Source: Myxococcota bacterium (lineage in GTDB: Bacteria > Myxococcota_A > UBA796 > UBA2385). Taken from it: DNA of 64,000 bases. How positions within the stretch are numbered: the stretch's first letter is position 1; every line of letters starts with the position of its first letter. Location: the NCBI GenBank assembly GCA_044344255.1, contig JBIJDH010000005.1, positions 64,001 to 128,000 of the forward strand, in the 5' to 3' direction. The position numbers and the translations under genes were made by a program. The notes under the pieces are model-generated. The model was not told where the DNA came from. It saw only the letters and a list, made by a program, of their open reading frames with translations, and ran no database searches. Shown piece after piece: positions 27,401-36,600 of the stretch.

Positions 27401-27598
27401 GTCGGAGACGTCGGTCTCGATGTCCTGGGGCGAGGCGCCGGGGAGGATGGTGGTGATGGCGACGATGGGGAGGTCGACGTTGGGGAACTGATCGACGCCC
27501 AGGCGGGAGTAGCCGGCGATGCCGAGCACCACGATGAGGAGCGTGAGGACCGTCGCGAAGATCGGCCTGCGGACACAGATTTCAGCGAGCCATTGCAT
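24434..27598 (-). CDS. RND efflux permease (AcrB/AcrD/AcrF family)
   Basis: 1054 aa with motifs RRPIFA, GIVIDDAIVVLEN, GIVKKNSIL and RLRPILMTT. Confidence 0.96.
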   Translation of the reverse strand: MQWLAEICVRRPIFATVLTLLIVVLGIAGYSRLGVDQFPNVDLPIVAITTILPGASPQDIETDVSDKIESAVNTIGNIEELRSISTESMSLVIVQFKLEQDVNIAAQDVRDRIDRIMAELPDDVEKPVVAKLDPDASPIVYAALTAEGRSIREITEYADQKVRESLEVLPGVGQVRIVGGSKRTLHVWLDPIRLRSLNVAPGEVARAIGTENVNVPGGRIDTGREQLTLRVHGRVESTAEIGKIAVRTAGDHVIRVEDVARVEDGSEETASAALWNGEPTVMLAIRKQSGANTIAVADAIAERLGELRAELPLGYKLETTRDASGVIRTGTNSVKEHLVVGALLAALVVLAFLGNWRSTIIAAVAIPTSVIGTFAVMAALDYTLNTITLLALALSVGIVIDDAIVVLENIFRFVEEKGRTPMRAAVEGTKEIGLAVLATTLSLIAVFMPVAFLAGIPGRFLRSFGITMSIAIAVSLFVSFSLTPMLASRWLRAKVAGEHEGPQGLEKVVEVFYRPIERVYMRALGFAMRHRWVVVLACALSMATLPIFGGMAKKGFLPVDDRAQFEVLVRAPEGSSIETTKLYGERLAEEVRRVEGVAATLTTVAADDQAIENVARVFVKLTDPTTRELSQDALMEKTRKEIVSHQPKELRIQVQIVPDFGGSGQSTARIQYNLTGPDLERLSTITNEVVAKLATFPGAVDVDSSLVVGKPELGVYIDRAKAAELGVGVTDIAMTLRMLVGGMKVGTYEENGEQYDIRMRSASEYRNDPATLGLLSVPSAKVGSVNLLDVVHSADGTGPSSINRLARQRTVLITANAAPGIGDSVIGDELQRIVTEMNLPSSYSLKPVGQTKLMMETAQSVLFGFGLAFIFMYLILAAQFESWLHPFTILLSLPLTLPFAVLSIVITGQALDMFSVLGIFVLFGIVKKNSILQIDHTNQLRAHGLPRLEAILQANKDRLRPILMTTVAFVAGMLPLVLSDGVGSGFNKATAGVVVGGQTLSLLLTLLATPVAYSLLDDLMVLLRRLLVRVGIMSEEVAELDLEPESEAIPVEGL

Positions 27599-27601
27599 GG
27601 T

Positions 27602-28675
27602 TCACTCCACCCGCGTCCCGTCGCGGAGATCGACGGCAGGAGAGAGCACCACGGTGTCCCCGGCGCGGAGGTCGGTGAGGATGGTCACAAAGCCCTCCTT
27701 GCGAGAGCCGACACGGACGACGGTGGCGAAGGCCCGCCCCTCGCGCACGATGTAGACGGTGTTGACGGTGCCCTCGGTCTGGACGGCGGCCTCGGGCACC
27801 ACCACCTGATCGTTGGCGGCCACCACCAGCTCGACCTGGGCGAACATGCCGGGGCGGAGGAGGCGCTCGGGGTCTTCGATCACCGCCTCGACGATGAGGT
27901 CGCGGGTCATGTCACGCAGCGCCGGGCTCACGAAGCGGACGACGCCGGTGAAGTGTTTGCCCTCGTAGGCGGGCACGGTGATCGAGACCGGCGCCTCCAT
28001 CGCCACCAGGGAGACCTGGCGCTCGGGCACGGAGAAGCGGAGCCGGAGCGCCCCTTCGGCGTAGAGGGCGATCACGGGGCTCTGGGCGCCGACAAACTCG
28101 CCGACGTCGACAAAACGATCGCCGACCTGGCCGGCGAAGGGCGCGCGGATGCTGGTCTTGCTGGCCTGGGTGCTGGCGATGGCGGCGCCGGCCCGGGCCG
28201 CGGAGAGGGCCTCCTCTTGGGCCTTGCAGGCGGCCATCGTGCGGTCGTACTGGGCCTGGGCGATGGCCCCGCCCTGGAAGAGCGTCTCGGCGCGGGCGCA
28301 GTCGAGCTTGGCGGCCTCGAGCTGGGCGCTGGCGAGGCCGGCCTGGGCGGCGGAGGCGGTGGCGTTGAGGCGGGCGAGGGCGGTGTCGACCACCGCGATG
28401 ACCTGCCCCTTGGTGACGACATCGCCGCGCTCCACCCGCATCTCGACGATGCTGCCGTTGGCGTCGGCGGCGACCCGGACCTGACGCTCCGCGACGAGCG
28501 AGCCTGTGAAGAGCGCGGTGTCGGGCATCGGCTGGCGGGTGGCGGCGACGGTCTCGACCGAGACGGGGATGTCGGCGCCGGTGGCGTCGGCCGCGGAGCC
28601 GGCCTCCTCTCCACCCCCACACGCGAGGGCGGCGATCAGCAGGGTAGAGAGGGTGAGGACCAGGATTGGGCGCAT
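27602..28675 (-). CDS. RND periplasmic adaptor (MFP) lipoprotein
   Basis: ALAC lipobox and motifs VERGDVVTKGQ, IRAPFAG and LRPGMF. Confidence 0.94.
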   Translation of the reverse strand: MRPILVLTLSTLLIAALACGGGEEAGSAADATGADIPVSVETVAATRQPMPDTALFTGSLVAERQVRVAADANGSIVEMRVERGDVVTKGQVIAVVDTALARLNATASAAQAGLASAQLEAAKLDCARAETLFQGGAIAQAQYDRTMAACKAQEEALSAARAGAAIASTQASKTSIRAPFAGQVGDRFVDVGEFVGAQSPVIALYAEGALRLRFSVPERQVSLVAMEAPVSITVPAYEGKHFTGVVRFVSPALRDMTRDLIVEAVIEDPERLLRPGMFAQVELVVAANDQVVVPEAAVQTEGTVNTVYIVREGRAFATVVRVGSRKEGFVTILTDLRAGDTVVLSPAVDLRDGTRVE

Positions 28676-28697
28676 GTTTGCTCGGGAAGCGCTGGGT

Positions 28698-29285
28698 TCA
28701 GCGCGCTTCGATGCCAGTGAGGTAGATGTCGATGACGCCGTCGAGCCAGGCCTCCGGGGTCTCCTGGTGGACGTGGCCCATGCCGAGCCCCTCCAGGATG
28801 GCGAAGTCGCGGAGGAGGCCGCTGAAGGCGCGGGCGGCGAAGAGGGTGTCGATCGGGCGGAGCCGGCCGGCCGCGCGGTGAGCGTTGAGCAGCTCGACGA
28901 GGGGGTCCGAGGCGTGGGCCTCGCCGAACATCTCGATCGGGCAGCGCCCGAGCAGGTCGACGCCAGCGCCGAAGCCCATCACCAGCACGGGGGCAAAGGT
29001 GCGGTAGAGCGAGAGCAGCGCGAGGCCGAGGCTGCGGAGGCCGACCCGAGGGTCTGGCTCTTCGAGGAGGGCGGGCAGCAGGGGGGTGAGCGACTGCATC
29101 GTCGCCCGCACGATCACCGCGACGAAGAGGTGCTCCTTCGTCTCGAAGCGGAGGAAGACCGTGGCCGAGGAGACGCCGGCCCGGCGCGCGATCTCGCTGA
29201 CCGGGGCCTGATAGCCCTTCTCCAGGAAGACCGAGCGTGCGGCGTCGAGGAGGGACTCGTCGGAGATGGTTCGGGGCCGTGCCAT
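28698..29285 (-). CDS. TetR/AcrR family transcriptional regulator
   Basis: HTH region MARPR...LLDAARSVFLEKGY...IARRAGVSSATVFLRFETKE. Confidence 0.93.
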   Translation of the reverse strand: MARPRTISDESLLDAARSVFLEKGYQAPVSEIARRAGVSSATVFLRFETKEHLFVAVIVRATMQSLTPLLPALLEEPDPRVGLRSLGLALLSLYRTFAPVLVMGFGAGVDLLGRCPIEMFGEAHASDPLVELLNAHRAAGRLRPIDTLFAARAFSGLLRDFAILEGLGMGHVHQETPEAWLDGVIDIYLTGIEAR

Positions 29286-29288
29286 TCC

Positions 29289-29306
29289 TGACTGACTAAT
29301 CAGTTA
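29289..29306. promoter_or_regulatory. Candidate TetR operator, imperfect palindrome TGACTGA-CTAA-TCAGTTA
   Basis: AT-rich inverted repeat 3 bp upstream of the tetR ATG, with TTGCCA on the minus strand at 29320-29315. Confidence 0.6.
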
Positions 29307-29443
29307 CATCGGATTGGCAAGCAGGAGGCCTTGAGGCCACGCGCCTCCTGCCGACGGGAGACCCAAGGATCGGCTCATGCAGCGCCCCGGCGACGAATTT
29401 GCATCCGACGAATTAGGGGACGCGCGTTCAATGTGGAGCGCCG

Positions 29444-30565
29444 ATGGGCGGGGAAGGCAACGAGACCGCGGGTCGTGTGGGGTCCGAGGCGGCAGAGGGA
29501 GCCGAGCGGGTGCTCGTCGTGGGCTGTGGGGGCATCGGCGGCATCGTCGCAGCGGGCCTCCTCGAGCACGACCGAGAGCTCGTTCACCCGCCGCTGGTCT
29601 ACACCACCAACTTGCGGGTGGCGGAGGCGGTGCAAGACCGCGGCTTTCGCCTCACGGGGGTGGGAGGCGAGCGTGTGGTGGGCGGCCCCGTCTGCACCGA
29701 GCTCCCCGACAGCCCAGCTTCGTTCGACTGGATCTTGCTGGCCACACCGCCCACGGAGGTCGAGGTCGCCGCCTTGCTGAGCCGGCACCTCCTCTCGCCG
29801 CGGGGCGCCTTCGTCACCTTCCAGAACGGCCTCTGTGAAGAGCGGGTCGCCGCCCTGGCCGGGCCGGAGCGCGTGGTGGGCGGCATCGTCGTCTGGGGGG
29901 CGAGCATGCCCGAGCCCGGGCTCTTCGAGCGGACCAGCGCGGGCGGCTTCACGCTCGGCCGCCTCGACGGTACGATCGATCCGCGGCTGGAGCGGCTCGG
30001 CCTCTTGCTCGAGATCGTGGGGCCGACCACGATCACCCGCAACCTGCGCGGGGCGCGCTGGAGCAAGCTGGCGATCAACTGTGCGATCTCTACCCTCGGC
30101 ACCATCGGAGGGGACCGCCTCGGCGTGCTGCTGCGGATGCGCGCTGTGCGCCGCCTCGCCCTCGAGATCATGACCGAGGCGGTGCAGGTGGCCCGCGCGG
30201 AGGGGGTCACCCTCGAGAAGGTCGCGGGGGCGCTGGATCTCGACTGGCTGGCCCTCACCGAGGTCGACAAGTCCGCTGAGTCCGGCTCCGCCTCCCTCGT
30301 CGCCAAGCACGCCCTGCTGCTCGCGGTGGGCACCCGCTACCGGCGGATGCGATCGAGCATGCTGGCGGCGATCGAGCGGGGGCGGACGCCGCCCGTGGAC
30401 TACCTGAACGGTGAGGTGTCCTCCCGGGGGCGGATCCACGGGATCCCCACCCCGGTCAATGACGCCGCCGGGGCCCTCGTCCACCGCATCGCCCGAGGCG
30501 AGGCCCGATCGAGCCACGACAGCCTCCGCGAGCTGGCGCGGGAGGTCGGCGTCCTCGGGGCTTGA
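29444..30565 (+). CDS. panE: 2-dehydropantoate 2-reductase (ketopantoate reductase) family
   Basis: Motifs VVGCGGIGG, FQNGL, WSKLAIN and SSML...GR...DYLNG. Confidence 0.85.
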   Translation: MGGEGNETAGRVGSEAAEGAERVLVVGCGGIGGIVAAGLLEHDRELVHPPLVYTTNLRVAEAVQDRGFRLTGVGGERVVGGPVCTELPDSPASFDWILLATPPTEVEVAALLSRHLLSPRGAFVTFQNGLCEERVAALAGPERVVGGIVVWGASMPEPGLFERTSAGGFTLGRLDGTIDPRLERLGLLLEIVGPTTITRNLRGARWSKLAINCAISTLGTIGGDRLGVLLRMRAVRRLALEIMTEAVQVARAEGVTLEKVAGALDLDWLALTEVDKSAESGSASLVAKHALLLAVGTRYRRMRSSMLAAIERGRTPPVDYLNGEVSSRGRIHGIPTPVNDAAGALVHRIARGEARSSHDSLRELAREVGVLGA

Positions 30566-30608
30566 GGTGCGCTGGACAGCGTCGGCTCCCCGCGGGTAAG
30601 AGGACAGC

Positions 30609-31109
30609 ATGATGTCCTTCATCACCCTCCTCCTTGGCATGTCAACCTCTGCCTTCGCGGTCACGACCACGCCCTCCCCTGGGCTGGCGGGAGCGCCGGA
30701 TGGTTTCGGCCTCGGCGTCGTGCTCGGCGATCCGAGCGGCCTCTCCCTCGCCTGGCGGAGCGGCGATCGGGGCCTGATCCAGGGGGCGGTGGGCTGGAGC
30801 ACCATCACGGACCGGCTGGAGCTCAACGGCGACTACCTGCTCAACGCCGTGATCTTTGACTCCGAGGCCACGCCGCGGGTGCGATGGCCGCTCTATGTCG
30901 GGCTGGGCGGCCGGCTCCGCCTCGGGGACGCCGACAAGAGGGGGGATGACAGCGTGCTCGGCCTCGGGGCCCGAGTGCCGGTCGGCATCACCTGCCTGCC
31001 GCGCGACCTCCGCCTCGACGCTTTCCTCGAGCTGGTGCCGATCCTCGACCTCTACCCCGAGACCATCGTGCGCCTCGACGCCGGCATCGGCGGCCGCATC
31101 TACTTCTGA
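30609..31109 (+). CDS. Small outer-membrane beta-barrel-like protein
   Basis: Signal peptide ending AFA, GFGLGVVLGDPSGLS, LYVGLGG and a terminal GIGGRIYF beta-signal. Confidence 0.8.
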   Translation: MMSFITLLLGMSTSAFAVTTTPSPGLAGAPDGFGLGVVLGDPSGLSLAWRSGDRGLIQGAVGWSTITDRLELNGDYLLNAVIFDSEATPRVRWPLYVGLGGRLRLGDADKRGDDSVLGLGARVPVGITCLPRDLRLDAFLELVPILDLYPETIVRLDAGIGGRIYF

Positions 31110-31127
31110 ACCTTCTGGGGCGCGGGC

Positions 31128-32198
31128 TCAGCGCGCCTCGGGCAGGGGCTCGTCGCAGACCTCGACACCGAGCCCCGCTTCCAAGAAGGCGGTCACGCTG
31201 CGCTCCTGGCGGGCCACCTCGATGAGGGCGGCCCACCCCGCCTCCCCGCGGTCGAGGGGCGCGGGCAGGGGGCGTGTGGCGTAGCGCGGGTCGGGATCGG
31301 CGCAGATCACGGGCTGGTCGTCCCAGCCCATCTGGTCGCAGCCGACGGGGTTGGGCTCGCCGTGGTCATGCCAGGTGTGGGGCGTGAGCGGGGCCTGCCG
31401 CGTCTGGGCCCGCGCGGTGCCCCCCGCGACGAGGAGGGCGCCAGGGAGGAGCGGGTGGTTGCCAGCGGCGGTGCAGGGCGGGCTCGGGCAGGCGTGCTGG
31501 ACGAAGTCGGGGTCGGCCACCACCCAGTGGCTCATCACGGCGCCATACTCGTGCACCCCGGTCTCCTCGTTTCGGCAGCCGGGGTCGGCCCCGATGCGGG
31601 CCCCGTCGGGGCAACGGGCAGGGTCGGGGCGGTCTCCGTAAACAAAGCGCCGGTTGCCGCGGGGCCCCGCCACGGCGGCCTCGAGCTCGGAGTAGGTGCA
31701 GAGGCGGCGGCTGCCGTAACGACCGCTGGCCAGGAGCTCGGCGAGCTTCTGGGTGTCCCAGGCGGTCATACCGTCGAGCGTGTAATCCGCCCTCTCGCCG
31801 GGGAAGGGGTAGGCGTCGATGCAGTAGGGGGTGAGGCGGACCGGGTGGGGCGCCACGACGGGGTCGGTGAGGTTGGTCTGCACCCAGCAGGTCAGCGCGC
31901 CCGGGGTGCCGGCGATCGCCGCCCCGCAGCCCGCCTCTGGCGCGTCCACCACGGTGAGGTGCGCGGTCTCGACGATGCCGTAGGGCTGGCCCTGCATGCC
32001 CAGGGTGAAGGGCTCGGCGGGCGGCGAGATCAGCACCATCCCGGTCGGACAGGGCCCGGGGGCGAGGGAGGCCACGCCTGCGACGGGGTTCGCGGGGCTC
32101 GCGGGTGGAGACGGCTCCTGCCCGCAGGCGACCCCGAGGAGCAGGGCTGGGCCGGAGACCGAGCGGGGGAGATGGCGCGGGGCGGGCGTGACGCTCAC
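31128..32198 (-). CDS. Lipoprotein with a divergent FGE/SUMF1-like fold
   Basis: GTG 32198 overlaps the upstream TGA. GVAC lipobox and motifs CPTGMVLI, PYCID, RLCT.SE.EAA..G and GVHE.....SHWV. Confidence 0.65.
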   Translation of the reverse strand: MSVTPAPRHLPRSVSGPALLLGVACGQEPSPPASPANPVAGVASLAPGPCPTGMVLISPPAEPFTLGMQGQPYGIVETAHLTVVDAPEAGCGAAIAGTPGALTCWVQTNLTDPVVAPHPVRLTPYCIDAYPFPGERADYTLDGMTAWDTQKLAELLASGRYGSRRLCTYSELEAAVAGPRGNRRFVYGDRPDPARCPDGARIGADPGCRNEETGVHEYGAVMSHWVVADPDFVQHACPSPPCTAAGNHPLLPGALLVAGGTARAQTRQAPLTPHTWHDHGEPNPVGCDQMGWDDQPVICADPDPRYATRPLPAPLDRGEAGWAALIEVARQERSVTAFLEAGLGVEVCDEPLPEAR

Positions 32199-33004
32199 GG
32201 TCGATCGCCCCAGAGCGGGCCCTTCCAGGAGAGGCCGAGCCCGAGGTTGGGGGCGGCGGCGTTCGACTGGACGTAGATCCCGCCGCCCAGGCTGCCGACG
32301 AGGGAGAGCCGCTCGGTGCAAGCGTAGGCGAGGTCGATGTTGAGGCCGACGTAGCGGGTCTTGGCCCGCCCGGAGACCTCGATGACCTCGATCGGGCCGG
32401 GGGGCAGCCAGGCCGAGAAGGTGGAGGCGAGCATGAGCCGCTCCGTCGGGTGGCCGCCCACCTGGAGGTTGGCCATCACGGCCGGGTCGAGCTCGTTGCC
32501 CCAGAAGCCGGCGGTGCCCACGGTGCCCACCGCCCAGAGGCCGCCGAAGGAGCGCCCCACCTGCAGCTCGGCCTCGCCGCGGAGGCCGCGCAGCGCCGGT
32601 CGCCAGGTCCAGCTTCGGCCCTCGATCTCTCCAGCGGCCAGCTCCGGTGCTCCGGGGGTGCCCCCGCCGCGGAGCTCGACGGCCACGCGGGTGCGGCCGG
32701 TGGTGATGGCCTGCCGCAGCCCGATGAGCGAGGTGCCGGAGTAGAGCGCTCGCTCTCCTTCGAAGCTCGACCAGGCGACGGGGGCGCTGGAGACGACGGC
32801 GGTGAGGCGGTCGCCGAGGCCGAGCTCTCCGTAGACGTGGAGGGCGTGGTCCTGGTAGCGGCCGGGGAGCTCGACGATGTGCCCGTCTTCGAGGGTGGTG
32901 CGGGTGCCGACGAGGCTCTGATCCCAGACCTTCGTATAGGCCTCGCCCGCCGGCAGGGTCCAGGCGGCGGCGCCGACCGGAGCGGCGAGCAGGAGCAGGA
33001 GCAT
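32195..33004 (-). CDS. Hypothetical outer-membrane beta-barrel-like protein
   Basis: Signal peptide followed by AWT...GE.Y.K and YGELGLGDRLT, with alternating beta-strand patterns. Confidence 0.7.
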   Translation of the reverse strand: MLLLLLAAPVGAAAWTLPAGEAYTKVWDQSLVGTRTTLEDGHIVELPGRYQDHALHVYGELGLGDRLTAVVSSAPVAWSSFEGERALYSGTSLIGLRQAITTGRTRVAVELRGGGTPGAPELAAGEIEGRSWTWRPALRGLRGEAELQVGRSFGGLWAVGTVGTAGFWGNELDPAVMANLQVGGHPTERLMLASTFSAWLPPGPIEVIEVSGRAKTRYVGLNIDLAYACTERLSLVGSLGGGIYVQSNAAAPNLGLGLSWKGPLWGDRP

Positions 33005-33028
33005 CGGCACCTCGGGCCCGCTCCGGGT

Positions 33029-33481
33029 CTACTCGAGCACCACCGCGGGCTCGCCCATCATCACCCGGTTTGGCTCCGTGGCCACGTCGCCCATGATCTC
33101 GCGGACCGGCGCCGTCTCCTCGGAGAAGATGGCCGAGGGGAGGGCGCAGGGCGCCTCGGTGGCGCTGGCCGTGGCCACTGTCAGCGGCTCGTAGCCGGTG
33201 GCCTGCCGGAGGCCCGCGGCGGCGACCAGGGCCCCCGCCACCACGAAGCCAGCGAGCGCGGGCCGGAAGACGGGCTCGTCCCGCTCGTCGACCTCCACGC
33301 GCACACAGATCGGGGCCTTGTTCTCGCCGAGGAAGGCCTCGGCTTCGGCCCGAGACATGCTGGAGAGGTTCGTGACGTGCTTGTCGCAAGCCGCACAGTA
33401 TCGCTGCCGATCGTCACCGAGCAGCTTCTCCCAGCGGAGGGGACACTCAAAGGCGAGGCGGAAGGTGTGGTCGAGGCGCAT
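33029..33481 (-). CDS. Hypothetical membrane protein with an N-terminal 4-Cys domain
   Basis: CPLRWEKL.GDDRQRYCAACDKHVTNLS...ICVR followed by a TM helix. Confidence 0.75.
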   Translation of the reverse strand: MRLDHTFRLAFECPLRWEKLLGDDRQRYCAACDKHVTNLSSMSRAEAEAFLGENKAPICVRVEVDERDEPVFRPALAGFVVAGALVAAAGLRQATGYEPLTVATASATEAPCALPSAIFSEETAPVREIMGDVATEPNRVMMGEPAVVLE

Positions 33482-33610
33482 GTCCAGCTCCGGTGTCGCG
33501 CTGGAACGAGCGGAGGGGCTCGGCCTTACAGCGCGGCCGCGAGCGACGAGGGCGAGTGCCTTGACAAGCTCCTGGCAATGTGGGAGCAAGGCACACCGCA
33601 AGAGGTCTCG

Positions 33611-36600
33611 ATGCGTCGGTTTGATCGTCCTTCACCCGTCTGGTCGGTCGGGGCCCGCCGACTGTCTCCAGTCTTCCTCGCGCTCTGGACCGGCGCTTGC
33701 GCAGGGCCAGAGGCCATCGAGGGCGAGGTCGGCGCCGAGCTCGCGGTGGAGCCCGGGGCGGATCCCGCGGTTGAGCCCTCCGAGGCCGCGACCGCGCTCG
33801 GGGGCGCAGACTGGTGGGCGGAGGTCTCGGCGCGCATCGACGCCGGCTCGCGGGCCTTCCTGCCCGACGCGGAGGGCCGCTTCCGGTCCAGCCGCCCGGG
33901 CGCGACGGCGACCCTCGACGCGGAGGGGCTCCACGCCGCCACCGGCGCCGGCGGGGGGCTCCGGCTCGCCCTCTCGGGCCTCGGTCGTGGCGCGACCACC
34001 GGCGCGGCCCTGTCTGCCGCCTCTCCCGGAGAGGGGCCGGCCCTCGGGGCCTGCGCCGAGGCGGTCGACCCGAGCGGGGCGTGCGTCCGGCGGGTCGAGG
34101 TGGCACGGAAGCCCGGCGGTGTGGGCTTGACCGAGTGGTGGTTGGCCACCCGGGAGGGCTTCGAGCAGGGCTTCGTCGTCGACGCCTCCCCCTCGGGCTC
34201 GGGCCCGCTGCGCCTCGCGGTCGGCGTCGAGGGTGCCACCGCGGAGCTCGACGGTGAGGCGGTCGCCCTCGTCGAGGCGGGCGGCCCCACCTGGCGCTAC
34301 GAAGGCCTGCGCGCCTGGGACGCCGACGGTCGGGCGCTCCCCGCGTCCTTTGAGCTGGCGGAGGGCCAGATCCACATCGTGGTCGATGACCGGGGCGCGC
34401 GCTGGCCCGTGGAGATCGACCCCGTGCTGAGCTCGGGCACCACCCTCTCGGGGGCCACGGTGTCCGGCCTCGGGGCCTCGGTCGCCGGGGCGGGAGACGT
34501 CAACAACGACGGATACGACGACGTCATCGTCGGGGCGCCCGAGGACAACAGCGGCATCGGGCGGGCGTACATCTACCTCGGCGGCGCGACGGGCCCGGCG
34601 CGGGTGGCCTCCTCCACGCTCTCCGGCTCGAGCGCAGGGATGGCCTTCGGCACGGCCGTGGACGGGGCGGGGGATGTCAACGCCGACGGCTACGACGATG
34701 TCGTCGTCGGGGCGCCGCTGGCCAGCACCTCGAAGGGCCAGGTCTTCACCTTCCACGGCGGGTCGAGCGGCCTCTCGACCACCGCGGCCCGCACGCTCAC
34801 CGGCTCGGCGGCCACGGAGAAGTGCGGCAGCGCCGTCTCCTCGGCGGGGGACTACAACAACGACGGGTACGGCGACATCGTCTACGGCTGTCCGGGCTAC
34901 TCCACTGGCGCGGGCCGCGCCTACATGTTCAAGGGCTCTGCGTCGGGCATCGGGGCGTCGAGCGACTTCAGCGTGACCGGCTCGACCTCCTACTCCACCG
35001 GTCGGACCGTGTCCGGCGGGGGAGACCTCACCGGCGACGCCTACGATGATGTGCTGGTGGGCGCCTACGGGTATGCGACCTCGAAGGGGCGTGTGTACCT
35101 GTATCCGGGCTCGGCCGCCGGCCTCGCTGGGGCCACGCGCCTGACGCTCAGCGGCACCGTCAACAACGAGAAGTTCGGCTACTCCCTGGCCCACCTCGGA
35201 GACACGAACGGGGACACCTACGGTGACTTCGCGGTCGGCTCGCCCGGCGGGGGCTCCGGGGCGGGGAAGGTCTATATCTTCCATGGCGCGGTGGGCGGCA
35301 CAACCGCCACCGCCCCCTCGGGCGCCAACGTGACGGTCACGGGGTCGAGCGCGACGGACGCGATCGGCGACTCTGTGGTGGGCGTGGGGGACGTGAACGG
35401 AGACACCTACTCCGATCTGGTCTACACGAGCATCACGGCCGCGAGCGGCGCCGGCTTCGGCAAGCTCCACCTGGGCAGCAGCACGGGGATCTCCTCCACC
35501 GCAGCGCTCTCGGTCGCGGGTGCCGCGGCCTCGGATCAAGAGGGCTTCGCCGCGGCCGGGCTCGGTGACACCAACAACGATGGCTACGCCGATCTCGCGA
35601 TCAGCCGCTACCTGAGCAGCGCGCCGGGCAGCGCGCGGGTGCAGGTCTTCCTCGGCGCGGCCACCGGCCCCTCCTCGACCCCCAGCTTGAGCTGGAGCGG
35701 CGCTGCCGACAGCACCGGCACCTCGGTCGCCCTCATCGGCGACGCCGACAACGACGGCTTCGACGAGGTCGCGGTCGGCGCCCCCGCCTATGGGGACTCC
35801 ACAGGCCGGGTCTTCATCTTCGAGGGTAGCGGCGCCGGTCTGTCCACGACCGCCTCTGTCACCCTCGCGGGCCTCACTGTGGGTGAGTCGTTCGGCGCCG
35901 CGGTCTGTCGGGCCGGCGACATGAACAAGGATGGTTACGATGACATCTCGGTGGGCTCGCCGACCGCCTCGAGCTCGGCGGGGAAGGCCTATGTGTTCAC
36001 GGGCGCGTCGACCGGCCTCTCGGCGAGCCGATACCAGACCCTGAGCGGTGACACCGGCAGCACCTTCGGCGCCGCGCTCTCCGGCGGGGGGGATGTCAAC
36101 GGCGACGGCTTCGACGATCTCGTCGTCGGCGGGCCCACCTACAACAGCTCCGCCGGTCGGGCCTGGGTCTACCACGGGGTCAGCACGGGGGTCTCGGCCA
36201 CCGCCGCCCGCACCCTCGACGGCGCCACCGCCGGCGACCTGTACGGGACCGCCGTGGCCACCGGCGGCGACCCCAACAAGGACGGCTATGACGACGTCCT
36301 CGTCGGGGCCTATCGATATGGCGCCACCACCCGCGGGCGGGTCTACGCCTACCAGGGCAGCGGCTCCGGGATCGGCGCCTCGGCCAGTCAGACCCTCGAC
36401 GGCAGCACCTTCAGCCAGGGCTTCGGCAAGTCGCTCGCCCTCGTGGGCGACGTGAACGGTGACACCTACGACGACGTGCTGATTGGCTCTCCCACGCTCT
36501 CGACTCGAACGGGGAGGGTCACGCTCTACCTCGGAGGCCTCATCAGCCTCTCCGCTTCGACGTCGCTCAACGGCACGGCGATCAACACCTCCTTCGGGTC

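Noticed and set aside
31128..33389. 753-aa single ORF, or an EgtB-like partner for the PLP lyase
   Set aside because: The upstream half is an out-of-frame overlap of other genes. The real protein is an exported lipoprotein with no DinB-like iron domain and lies about 19 kb from the lyase.
32450..33610. N-terminal 387 aa of the 2995-aa ORF
   Set aside because: It overlaps two credible minus-strand genes. An SD, ATG and signal peptide at 33611 give a better start.
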